A program made the position numbers and the translations under genes. 64,000 bases of DNA from Adineta vaga (taxonomy: Eukaryota; Animalia; Rotifera): assembly GCA_021613535.1 (NCBI GenBank), contig CP075496.1:9486001-9550000 (forward strand), in the 5' to 3' direction. Shown in pieces: positions 1 through 11,838 of this stretch. The notes beneath the pieces are model-generated. The model worked only from the letters and a program-made list of their open reading frames with translations. It was not told the origin of the DNA and searched no databases. The stretch's first letter is position 1, and the number at the start of each line of letters is the position of its first letter.

Positions 1-3000
1 TCACTGTCAAATACCTCATTCGATAGGTAAAACAGGATTATTTTATAGAATGTAATACTTCTAATGATTTGTTTTAGGAATGAGATACACTACGATTATG
101 AATTGGATGTCGATATTAAAATTACAAATCGATTGAATGATGGTAGTTCATCTATCATTTATGAAGCAGAATGGATATCAATAGAGGAACGACCCATTAT
201 TGTTATCGAAAAGGAGGAAGAACTATCGAATTGCGAACAACTGGTTTATACAACATTCAAAGATCATCCACATATAATTCACACATTTGGATATGTTGGA
301 AATGATCATGGATCATGGATGATTTTACAAGAACGAGCACCACATGGTGATCTTCAAACATTATTAGAAAGTGGTCAATTCAATCCATCACCAGCTGTTC
401 TTCGCGAAATTTTCTTGCAAGTTATCAATGCAATGATAGCTATGGTTAAACATGAACTTGTACATGGTAATTTATGTTGTGCCAATATTCTCGTTTTTGA
501 TATGCATCCAACTGATCCTCGAAAGAATCATGTGAAATTAACTAATTTTACTTTAACTCATCGGATGGGTGGAAAACAAGTCGATAATGATCGACGATTA
601 CCAGTTCCAGTACGATATTGTGCACCTGAAATTCTTCGCAGTGCTGGTCAGTCATATTATTCAGAATATTCTGATACTTATTCAATGAGTGTACTTATGT
701 GGGAAGCATGGTCCAATGGAAAACGTCCATATCAGTCATCAACAACTAGTGGTGAAGTTCGTCAACGAAAATTAAATAACGAGAAATTAACAAGGCCAGT
801 AGTATGTGATTCACGAATTTGGCATATCATGTATTCTTGCTGGGGCAATTCACCAGAAGTTAGATATAAATTCGAAGATATGAAGCAGCTTTTATCTGCA
901 ATCGATCCAACGTAAGTAAAATAAATAATAAAGTCATTTTATGTTGTAATCTACAAAGTCTTCTTTCCAAGGTCTCTAGAAAATTATGAATATGAATTAG
1001 ATGTTAATGTCAGAAAAAAACATTCTCTTAATGGCATTAATGGAAGATTTTACGAAGCGAAATGTACATCATTAAAAAATCGACCGGTTATTCTAATCAT
1101 CATGAATAATGATGACGAAGAAAGAGAGGCATTATTATATGTTAAATTGAATTCATCAATTCGTATTGTTCACACATTTGGTTATGTTAAAAACAATCTT
1201 CATTCAGTTATGTTACTACAAGAGCGAGCGCCACACGGTAATCTTCAATCATTGTTACAAAATGGTAAATTTCAACCATCCGTAAATGTACTTCGAACAA
1301 TCTTCTTACAAATAGTTGATGCAATGATTTATATGACGAATCAACATATAATACACGGTGATTTACGCTGTGCTAATGTACTTGTTTTTCTAATGGATCC
1401 TAAAGAGCCCATTTCTAACTCTGTTAAATTAACGAATTTTCGTTTTTCTCGATTGGAAAGTGATAAAGTTACTAAAATTAGATTACCAGATGGTCCATTA
1501 CGTTATTTAGCTCCTGAAATCGTTTTAAATGGTAATGAATCCAATTATAGTGAATTATCGGATGTCTATTCAATGGGTTTATTGATGTGGGAAGCTTGTT
1601 CAAACGGACAAATACCTTATGGATCTCATACAAAAGATCGTGATATTCGAGAACAAAAAAAGAACGATATGAAATTAGTACAACCAAAACAATGTCCTAA
1701 TAATCTGTGGACGATTATTGGACATTGTTTACTATCGCAGCCTGAAACACGATATGAGTTTAAAGGAATACAAATCTGTCTGCAAAATCTCTTATATCAA
1801 CGTTGTCATCATTGTGATAATGATATTTCTGAGTATGAAATGAACGATCATCAGGTATGAATATGAAAATGTACTGCACTATTCTATATTTAATTTTGTT
1901 TAGAGAAATTGTATTTCACCGTTTTGTTCTTCCGATACTCCCAGGTTTATAAGCAATGACTGTTCCCTTTTATTCATTAACAGAAAGGTTTTGTTTTAGA
2001 GTAAAATCTACTGATAAAACACGACAAAAGCGTAAAAATGACGAAAGCCACGAAGATAAGAAAACAACTTTCGGAGTAAGTAAATAATTAACAATATCTC
2101 TAATTTTCAACTATCGTTTGTTTTAGTCACGACGTCCATCAAAACTACCGCACATTGACAGCCCTTCGTAAGTTCCATATGAATTTTTAAAAACGTTACA
2201 CGTAGAAATCGTCAAATAAAGCATCTCTCTTCACGAACAGCAATATATATTTAGAATAGCACGTCGAGGCGATTTCAATGATGGATATGAAGATGATGAG
2301 ATACGCACATATCATGTATATTTTATAGTCTCCTTTTTATCAATGTTAACATTCTGTTTTTTGTTATTCAGAAACCGCCGCCACCTATACAAATAACTGC
2401 GTAAGGTCATCATTTACCAATCGTGCATTCTTCTAAAGTTATTTTGATTAGATCTACTCCATATCCTGCATGCAAATATTGTAATGAAACATATCCACCC
2501 TTCCTTTTAGACGAACATCAAGTATGATGTACTCAATAACATTGTTTATTAAATCTTATTTTTCTTTTCAAGAGATTACATTGTCCACGAAAACCTTCTT
2601 CTGTTATTAAAAAAGAGTAATTTAATAATAGTCATGCAATCTTATTCTTTTCTTTCATCATATAGACCTCAACCATCTTATAGCAGATGTGTTCATTGTA
2701 GCAAACAATTTTTAAACGATGAATTAGCAAATCATCAGGTATAGAAAATAGTTATCCTTGTACTGATTTAATCTTTGTTTCTAAGCGTGCATGTCCATCA
2801 ATCATTGATCCTTTTTATCAATTCAAACCAAATGAACGACGAGATACATCGATTACACTTGTTAGTATTTCTCAGATACAGATTAGTCGATTGATTTCAC
2901 TGATATTTGTGTTCTTTTCTAGAAAACATCGACATCAACACAACCGTAAATATTTTTCTTTATCAAATGTTATTTTGTTGTTTTGATAAGTTACATTTTT

Positions 3001-3050
3001 CTTCTAGATCTCTTTGCAGTCGAATTCTTTCATGCTTCTCTTGTTGCTAA
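1..3050 (+). CDS. 5'-partial multi-exon gene: at least two tandem tyrosine-kinase-like pseudokinase domains, three C2HC zinc fingers, C-terminal ...CFSCC*
   Basis: ORFs 64-915 and 1102-1860 are kinase folds (HGNLCCAN / HGDLRCAN, PVRYCAPE, LMWE..S.G..PY). GT-AG introns at 27-77 and 912-971 join them in frame. About 11 further small exons (1904-3050) splice in frame, giving CHHC-x12-HQRNC, CKYC-x12-HQRLHC and CVHC-x12-HQRAC and ending PSLCSRILSCFSCC-TAA at 3048-3050. Confidence 0.8.
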
Positions 3051-3266
3051 CGATATATTTTCTTTCCATACTATTTATTTATTAATATAATTATTCGTTT
3101 TCTTGGTATTTTCCTTCAAAATACATTGCAAGCTTAGTTATCAATCATGATATTGATCTGATATACTTTGGTTTTTTTTCTATTATTTTGAGTTTAAAAA
3201 CAAATTTCCAAAAAATCGTATATGAAATCGTTCGACTTGCATTGTAGAGTTCATAAACATTCAAAT

Positions 3267-6200
3267 TTATAAAACTTGCTTTTCATGTTCTTTCATGTAG
3301 ATGTCTTGTGCCTGTTTAATTGCACCCAACTGCTCAGCGACTTCTTTCATAGCACTACTTTCTCTTATATGTGAATATATACTCGATAAATCGATAGATA
3401 TCTTGTTTGATTTATAAACGCTTCGTTTATTTTTATATTTTTCCAATAAATCATTGAGAACTTGATGCAATTTTGAATTAATATCATTTTGATTTTCTTC
3501 ATAGCTGCATAGTTGGCTTTCTTCGTTAATCATTCGTTTCAATGCAGACACGACTGGATCATTGTTCTGAACATTTTCATTAGTCGATGCATAGATCTGA
3601 GCAAACTCTAATAATGATTCTGTCAATTGTTTAATAGTCTTTTGTAGTTCATTCACAAATTCTTTCGGTGGTTTTTGAATCGATTGGTAATCTAGGGTAT
3701 ATTTTATTTCTCCATGTTTGTTCTTTGAACATCCGCAGTCGTTACACTTATCTGTTAATATATGTATATCATCTGGTAGAATCAACACACCATTAAATTG
3801 TTTAGGAGTTCGTTCACATTGATAACATATAGCTGATGAATATTGAACAGCAAAAGAAGAGAGTTTAATAAACATGTCATACGATTCTTCTTGAAATAAG
3901 ATGATATTTCGAATGCAGTTTCGTACAGTTTCTAATAAAGGACGAATTATTTCATTGATTTTAAATTGAACATGTTCGATAGACTGCCATTTCTCTTCCA
4001 TTATAGGCTCAAGATCTTCACAAATATAATGAATGAAACGCTTGGATTCGGTTGTTGAAGGTAACCAACTCTTTTCATATTCTTCCCTTTCAAATGCATC
4101 AAATTCGATTCCATTGTTTAATGCAATTAAGTATCGAAACGATTCACTATCAAAACAGAATGTGTTGGATTTCAGAAAACGAACACCGTTCATCGGAAGT
4201 TTATTGATCATTTCTCGTAGCAAAGGGGCCGTATTTCCAGGCGCAAAAAAAGTTGATCGTGTATGTGTAAAACAAAACACTACATTCTTATATACATTTT
4301 CACCAATAAAGCTAAATAAATGAGTGAAATACGATCGGAGAATAATATTTAATCTTGATTCATTTGGTTTCAGAAGAATACAGATGGCATTCAAGTGTGA
4401 TAGATTGTTAATAAACGATAAAATATGTTGCATATTAAGGTCATCTTGATCGATGCCACGTGTATCATTCATACCAGGAGTATCAATTATTCGCAGTTTC
4501 GTTCGAGAATCAATAGGAAATAGATATGATCTACAATGTTGTGTGACTGATTGACCAGGATGATGATGATCTTCATTCGCATCGTCGTCACCAAATGTTA
4601 CCATGTGTTCTTCGAATTGATCACCTACTGAAAGAGGAAATGAAACAGGCATAACTACGTGTGGTGAATTGGAACGAGCCTCTTGAAGAGTTTCGAACGC
4701 ATGATAGTTGACGAGTGCATTGATAAAAGTAGATTTTCCGACTCCGGAAGTGCCAAGAAGTAAAATATTGACGTACTTAATATCTTGTGTATGTGAAGCT
4801 CTTTGTCGGCGCTGTTCTCTTGCTGCACTGTTCAAATTTGCTGCTGTACTTGGAACTGTTGTTGGGCGGCTGTATTTCCTCTCATGACGTGACGATTCTA
4901 ATGTTGATGCGGGCGTTACTTGTAATGACTCTGCTATATGTTTTTGTTCTCGTGTTGTTAGAAATTTATCGGTAGAAATAGATGCATTCGTAGAGTAGTT
5001 TTCCATGCCTTTAAATTCTTCATTCGATACGATTGCATTTTCATGCATTGATTGAATCAAAGATTCTGACTCATTTGAAATAAGATTTTTAGCCACCGAC
5101 TGCTTGGATTTTCGAGGACGCGGTTCTGGTTTTTGAGTATGTAATACTATGGTATTTAATTCATCAGTTGAATTTGCTGACTGCTCGGATTTTTCTAATT
5201 GTGAAGTTGTAGTTTCGACGATTGTTTGCATTGATGCACTCAATGTATTGAGCGATTCGCTATCTTCTTTAATTTCTTGGTTTTCTAAAAGACTACTATC
5301 AGTAGTTTTCACGATTTCTGAAGACTCAGAGAGAGATTTATCTTTTTCAACTCGTACGGGTGGTAAATTAATCGTTTCTCCGTAATCTTGAGATTTGGTG
5401 TCTGATAGTTGTCTAGTTCTTGTAGTTAACGGTGAATGATGTTTGATCGTGTGATTCTCTGTTTCAAGCAACATTACCTTCACTTCAGATAAAGGACATG
5501 ATGAATAAGAAAAATCAGCATAGAAAAAAATTCTCGAAGTATTGCTTTCACGTCCATTTATCCAACTCTTATAGGACTTGTGCCACGCTGATATAGGTCT
5601 GTTTGAATTCATCAGTTGAACAGAATACCAAATAAGAATTGTTCTTTTCAAGTACCTTCAACAAAATTGTTTTCAAATCATCTAGTGCTGAAATATCGTA
5701 TTTTTCCATATTCAAATATTCGATATTTTCATTCTTGAGTTCTTGAATTAACTGTAGTTTTTCGATCAAAAAGTGGATTTGTTTCATAGTATCATTAGTT
5801 TTCTCTTGCAGCGTAACGACGATAGATTGTTGTTCCATCTTTCCACATCGAATATTGAGTATCAATTGACTAATCTGTTTGATTGTATCTGAGTACATTT
5901 CTTCTATGTTAGCAATATGTTTCTGAATGATATTATTATTTTGTTTTTTAAGTTGTGTTTCCAATGTATGCTTTACTTTGGATAATAGTAGAACGTGTTG
6001 CTTAATGAATTTTACAGTTTCTGGTTCTAGAGGAATATGTTTTGCTTTTTCCTTAGGGTATGATAAATAAAACCAGTTGATTGGACGAAGGGTGTAGTAT
6101 AGTGGACGATATTCGTATGGTGTTGCTTCATTTCAATTGTTTTCCTACAAATACTATACAAGTCCTCAACTTTTTTCAGGTCTGTTATATTGGAAAACAC

Positions 6201-6869
6201 TTTTGAGATAGTAATTTTATTAAGTAAGACTATCTCTTCGTTGGATAAGTGAAGTTTTTTGTCAACCATTTCCTTTTCTATTCGATCGAGTAGTTGATCA
6301 AGTATTTGATGGTCACCAGAAGGAAGTTCTAATGCAACAAATACATAAATTCCTAACTTAATGGAAGAAATAATGTGAGTAGCAGTAATATCAGGTATAT
6401 CGTGTGATATATCTTTCATAACCATGTTTGGATCATTCGGAAGGTTTTTTTGTTGATCGGAATAATAATAATAGAAGTATCGTGTGTTTCCAGTATTCGG
6501 AAACGAATAGTTAACCAGAGAACCGATTTCTTCTTCAGATACAATTTCTAAACTCACATTCAACCATATTTCATCACTTATACCAATCCTACTGAATAGT
6601 TGTTCAGTATCAAATGTATCACCTTTGATTATAAAACAATCCACTGTTTTGTGTAATTTACATGATTGAACTGCGTGATGACTTCGCAGTATTGTCGGAA
6701 GCACAGAATCTCTTCGTACATCGTAAGGACAACCAAGATTGCCAGACAGATTAATAGCTAGACGATCTGCGAAATGATGATTTAACGCAGCTGCTGAAGC
6801 ACTTGACGGTCTTGAAGAATGCGATGTCTGTGGTCGGAAGTTCTGAGTTAATCTGCGATTGCTATTCAT
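3267..6869 (-). pseudogene. Stonustoxin/verrucotoxin-like N-terminal domain, helical region, S/T/E-rich linker and P-loop GTPase; broken by two frameshifts (~6115 and ~5590)
   Basis: Three ORFs (6027-6935, 5569-5964, 3267-5651) read as one protein. N-terminal motifs LGCPYDVRRDSVL, ATHIISSIKLGIYVFVAL and (shifted frame) PLYYTLRPI resemble SNTX-family motifs as I recall them. GTPase motifs are GTSGVGKST (G1), SVTQ (G2) and DTPG (G3). Likely ATG at 6869, after a 5'-UTR intron 6871-6937. Confidence 0.65.
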
Positions 6870-7990
6870 CCTAAATAGACATTCAAGAAAGATGAAATTT
6901 GTGCTAAATAATTGGCAATAGTTATAGACGCTCATACTTGCATTTGTATTTCAAGCATGTGCTCTACTTTTAGTTACGTTAGTCTTATATGATAAAGATT
7001 CACGTACTAACATACATTACTTACTTGCACAATTTTTCACCACGTGATCTGATGTGTGAGTGTTTTCAAAAGTTGCGTTTGATTTCTGTAATACCAGTAA
7101 CGTTGGTAAAAGAGTGAGGTAAGTAAGAAAAGAAAAAGAAAAATGCAGAAAAGACTTCTACACAATGTGTGTTACTATAGACAAAAGGGGGCGAAGAAGA
7201 AAAAAAGAGAAAATTGTAAAACGAAACATTTTACTATTTTATTATTACATTCTCTACATCCATATCGTTTCTGTGAGTATATTTGACTAAAATAAGAAAT
7301 AAATAGACAATGTGTTTAGTCGAAATAATTAGACTGTTAAACTCCAGTTGTAATTGTAAATTTATCGTTTGATGAAGAAGCGTTTTTATCTATAGTTGAA
7401 AGTATGTCGTAAGAGTGTATCGCATTTTAATATGCTTGCCTAAAAAAAAGAACAAATATTCACATATGGAGAATATTATTTACCTTTTAGAGATCGATGC
7501 ACGTTTACTAACGAAACTGAACCAATAAAATAAACTGTTTAATACTTTTGCTCGATATCAAATTTAATTTCAAATAAAGATCAATTATAAGATTGATTCA
7601 ATTTTATTTATATAATTTAAGATAAAGAAATTCTCTAATATATAAAACAATAACAGTAGTGTGTTATTTTTAACAGCTGTTTCATCGAAAAGTAATTCAC
7701 ACTTTTCCATCTCAATCACATCACCTGCTATATTCACACGGATCTACATTCACAACAGGATCATGAACAAATCTTAAGTAATAATAAAATGGACCTTCAA
7801 ATTCATGCATGAGAAAAACAACGAATAATGTACAAATTATTCATTATTTTAGTAGCATAAAAATTGAGTATTATATTAATTTGGTTAGAAGAACATATGA
7901 TCGTACAATGAACGTTTAGAGCTACAAATTCAAAACTTACACAAGAGTAATTCGCTACACATGTGTCAACAGTATGTTAAACAAAATAGA

Positions 7991-8935
7991 TTATGTCATA
8001 GTTCCGATTCCGATTGTATTTGATGGTCTTTTGATTCGCCTAATTTGTTTCAACAACCATTTTTTGAAATCAGGTACCAACCCAATACATAACCACGGAA
8101 GAAGAAGACTAATAAGATATGTTAGATCTGATATATAATCTTCTTGGATTCCATATACAGATTCTGATGGAACTATCTGTTGCATCAAACCACTAATTAT
8201 ACTAGGTAACCATGCAATCAAATAAAGACATGAGATACTCAATAGTTGTAATGTCATTCGACGTTGTTTCACCCACGAAACGCTCTGTTGTCGACGTAGC
8301 TTTTGTCGAATTACTCGGACGATCAATGCAACATTTCCTATAATAATCACAACGACAGGCAAACCAGTATTTACAATCCAATCAAACGTTGCAAGAATCT
8401 GATCGTTTGAAAGATAACATGTCTTGTCACCGCACATGTTCAATGTGAAATTCCATTGTGTATCGTCACATGGATAGAAGACAACTGTGGCAAGATAAAA
8501 TATCATAGGATAAGTGATACCAAGCAAGAGTGGTAAATAATAATAGATATATTTGTTGAAACGTATTCGTAAAGTGATGAAATGAAAAACAAGCGTATGC
8601 CGTTGAATAGACATTATTGCTACTATGGATGCACTCGCACAATCTAAAGTGGATTCAACATACATCCATAGTTTACAGTATGTACTGGTTTCTGGACTGA
8701 TACGTCCAAGACGAAAGAAATGAATGACCATAGGCATGTTGATTGATAGTTGAATAAAGTTAACTATGAGTAGAACTAGTAGTGCTTGATGTTGAAGTTT
8801 TTGAAGATGGATACGATTGGTAATGAAAAACACGAAAATAAGAAGAGAGAATAGAATTGCAGGGGCTTCTAATGAACTAGCGACAATAAATTTGGTTCGA
8901 TGAATTAGACGTTCGCTAACTCCTAGTGGTTCCAT
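7991..8935 (-). CDS. Intronless rhodopsin-like (class A) GPCR
   Basis: 314 aa, 7 hydrophobic segments, TM3 Cys (YCKLW), DRY-position SIQRH, ECL2 Cys, RRMTLQLLSIS in ICL3/TM6. Confidence 0.85.
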   Translation of the reverse strand: MEPLGVSERLIHRTKFIVASSLEAPAILFSLLIFVFFITNRIHLQKLQHQALLVLLIVNFIQLSINMPMVIHFFRLGRISPETSTYCKLWMYVESTLDCASASIVAIMSIQRHTLVFHFITLRIRFNKYIYYYLPLLLGITYPMIFYLATVVFYPCDDTQWNFTLNMCGDKTCYLSNDQILATFDWIVNTGLPVVVIIIGNVALIVRVIRQKLRRQQSVSWVKQRRMTLQLLSISCLYLIAWLPSIISGLMQQIVPSESVYGIQEDYISDLTYLISLLLPWLCIGLVPDFKKWLLKQIRRIKRPSNTIGIGTMT

Positions 8936-10253
8936 GTAGACAATGATAGTTTTTGGAAAAATGAATTATACTTCAACGGCTTCTAGATATCTTCATACTA
9001 AACATAATCTAGTGTTTTCAGGGATGTGTTCCTTTCCTCTTGTCTTGAATCAACTTCTTGATGTTCATTTTTGTTCTCCGCATATAAGATATTGTGAGAA
9101 TAGCCGGAAAACAGGCGACGTGATGTGCGCAGAAGTTTAATAAAGACCACTGTCAGAGTTTTAGAATATGCTCTGTATAGGTGAGAGCCTTCTTTCAAAA
9201 GTATCGCAATATGTGGTAATGACCGAGTGTCTATATTTGGTCGGATGTGAACGATGCTTTTTAAAAATAACCGTTGAATGTGATAAAAGAAATGATTAAT
9301 ATTTATAATGAACTTTATTATAATACTTTTTTCTCTGCCACGAACTGTCATTTTAATTCTCTTTAGTAATATCTCCTCTGTTCAACGTCATCTAATTGTC
9401 TCAAAGGCATTCATTACAAGATTTGAACTTGAATTAAAAAAGTGAAGTTCTATACATGAACAGTATTCAAATTTCTTTATGAAACGTATGAACAAACTTC
9501 TTATTTTAATTATCGAACGATGATTGTGATCGAAATGGTCACAGCATTCCTACGACGCAAGCTCAATATCGTATATTAGAGTGCGAACAGATACTATAAT
9601 AACAACATTCTATTTGAGTTTATAAAAGAATAGATAGAAGAATATCTGTGATTTTCACAGCAGATGTATTTTTATAATAAACTATGTATTATAAAATAGA
9701 ATGGGATAATTAGTAAGATAGTATAGATAATTGTCATGTCGTCAAGAGCAGTTTTTTCAAATATCGAACATTTATTTATTACTGAAGGTTATTAAGTTGC
9801 TCCTCACTTTCTCTTTCTATGTGGAGTAAAAAATAAATGTTCAGATAAAACAAAAGAACAGAAACCTTTTGACTTATTTTAACTGATGATTGAAATAGGT
9901 AGTTAATTCTGTGTATATCCGATATTGTCAACTTCTATTTCACTGTATATCAATATTCAATTTGTACTTTCTTTACAATGATTTATGATTATATCTTTAC
10001 ACAATAACTATCATTTAATCTATATTCAACTGCTTTTATACAACTTCATATTGGACCCAATCATTCATACTGCTACTATGTATTTATCATATGACAACTG
10101 CAAATGAATATAGCATAGTAATATACATATATTCTCTAGCCACATTATGCGTTATGAGATGGCATATCAATTAATTACCTTGATAGATATAACTATCAAA
10201 ATTTCCAAAATAGAGTTATCTTGAAAAATATATGATACAAGAAACAAAACATA

Positions 10254-11198
10254 TTAAGTCATAGTTCCAACTCCGATTGTATTTGGTGGTCTTTTGATTC
10301 GCCGAATTTGCTTCAACAACCATTTTTCAAAGTTAGATATCAATCCAATGCATAACCACGGAAGAAGAAAACTAATTAGATATGTTAGATCTGATATATA
10401 ATCTTCTTGAATTTCATATACGTAGTTTGATGGTTCGAACTGTTGTATTACACTGGTAACTACAGTTGGTGACCAAGTAATTAGATAAAGACATGAGATA
10501 CTCAGTAATTGTAATGTCATTCGACGTTGTTTTACCCACGAAACGCTCTGTTGTCGACGTAGCTTTTGTCGAATTACTCGAATAATCAATGTAGCATTTC
10601 CTATAATAATCACAACGACAGGCAAACCAGTATTTACAATCCAATCAAACGTTGCAAGAATCTGATCGTTTGAAAAAAAACATGTCGTGTCACCGCACAT
10701 GTTCAATGTGAAATTCCATTGTGTATCGTCACATGGATAGAAGACAACTGTGGCAAGATAAAATATCATAGGATAAGTGATACCAAGCAAGAGTGGTAAA
10801 TAGTAATAGATATATTTGTTGAAACGTATTCGTAAAGTGTTGGCATGGAAAACAAGTATATGTCGTTGAATAGACATTATTGCTGTCAATAATACACTTG
10901 CACAATCTAAAGTGAATTCAACATACATCCATAGTTTACAGTATGTACTGGTTTCTGGACTGATACGTCCAAGACGAAGGAAATGAATGACCATAGGCAT
11001 GTTGATTGATAGTTGAATAAAGTTAACTATGAGTAGAACTAGTAGTGCTTGATGTTGAAGTTTCTGAAGATGGATACGATTGGTAATGAAAAACATGAAA
11101 ATAAGAAGAGAGAATAGAATTGCTGGAATTTGTAATATTAATGCAATAATAAATTTGATCCGATGGACGGTATAGTTGATATCTGTCAAGATTTTCAT
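10254..11198 (-). CDS. Intronless rhodopsin-like GPCR, tandem paralog of 7991-8935
   Basis: 314 aa, near-identical core to the neighbouring GPCR, same strand, offset 2263 bp. Confidence 0.85.
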   Translation of the reverse strand: MKILTDINYTVHRIKFIIALILQIPAILFSLLIFMFFITNRIHLQKLQHQALLVLLIVNFIQLSINMPMVIHFLRLGRISPETSTYCKLWMYVEFTLDCASVLLTAIMSIQRHILVFHANTLRIRFNKYIYYYLPLLLGITYPMIFYLATVVFYPCDDTQWNFTLNMCGDTTCFFSNDQILATFDWIVNTGLPVVVIIIGNATLIIRVIRQKLRRQQSVSWVKQRRMTLQLLSISCLYLITWSPTVVTSVIQQFEPSNYVYEIQEDYISDLTYLISFLLPWLCIGLISNFEKWLLKQIRRIKRPPNTIGVGTMT

Positions 11199-11315
11199 GT
11201 CGAAGATATGAATCTATGAATGCAATGAATGTAATCATAAGCTTTTTGACATATTTTTAATCTAAAGATACTAATGCTATATTCTGACTGTCGTGCTCAT
11301 TTCCTTTCCTCTCAT

Positions 11316-11317
11316 TT

Positions 11318-11349
<32 letters not shown>

Positions 11350-11350
11350 T
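11316..11350. repeat. (TTTC)n microsatellite
   Basis: About 8-9 perfect TTTC units. Confidence 0.9.
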
Positions 11351-11838
11351 GAGATAGAAATTTCATTTGTAAGAAAAATTAACAAGAATGAAGATGCTAA
11401 ATATCCGAATCAGCATGCGTTACTACAGAAAACAAAAAAGGACAAGGTTTTTTCGACTTTACATGGTATTTTCATGAAATGGGATCTTTGATATGAGTAT
11501 CAGCACTTGATCCGTATATATAATGCCTAAATGATCTCATTTTAAATGAAAGAAATATGATAGAAGTTGTTTCTTCAGACAGATACCTTGAAGATTTGAG
11601 ATCTATAAAAACCAATAAGAAACCTCTAAGTTAAAGAATTTCTTGTTTCTTACATATAGTTATATCCAATAAATCCAGGTCATTTTTCGTATAGAATTCT
11701 TCGTCGGCTGTTGATCTCTATTTGTATTACACACATGGACGATATCGAATATTTATATATAATATAAAACAATTATATAAAAAAATTACAGAGAAATATT
11801 TTTCCTCACGATAAAAAAAAAGAATCGTTCGATTTGTT

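Noticed and set aside
4033-5385. Plus-strand ORFs 4033-4323, 4787-4975, 5149-5385 and similar short antisense or overlapping ORFs elsewhere
   Set aside because: They are shadows of real genes on the opposite strand or in another frame, with no independent motifs.
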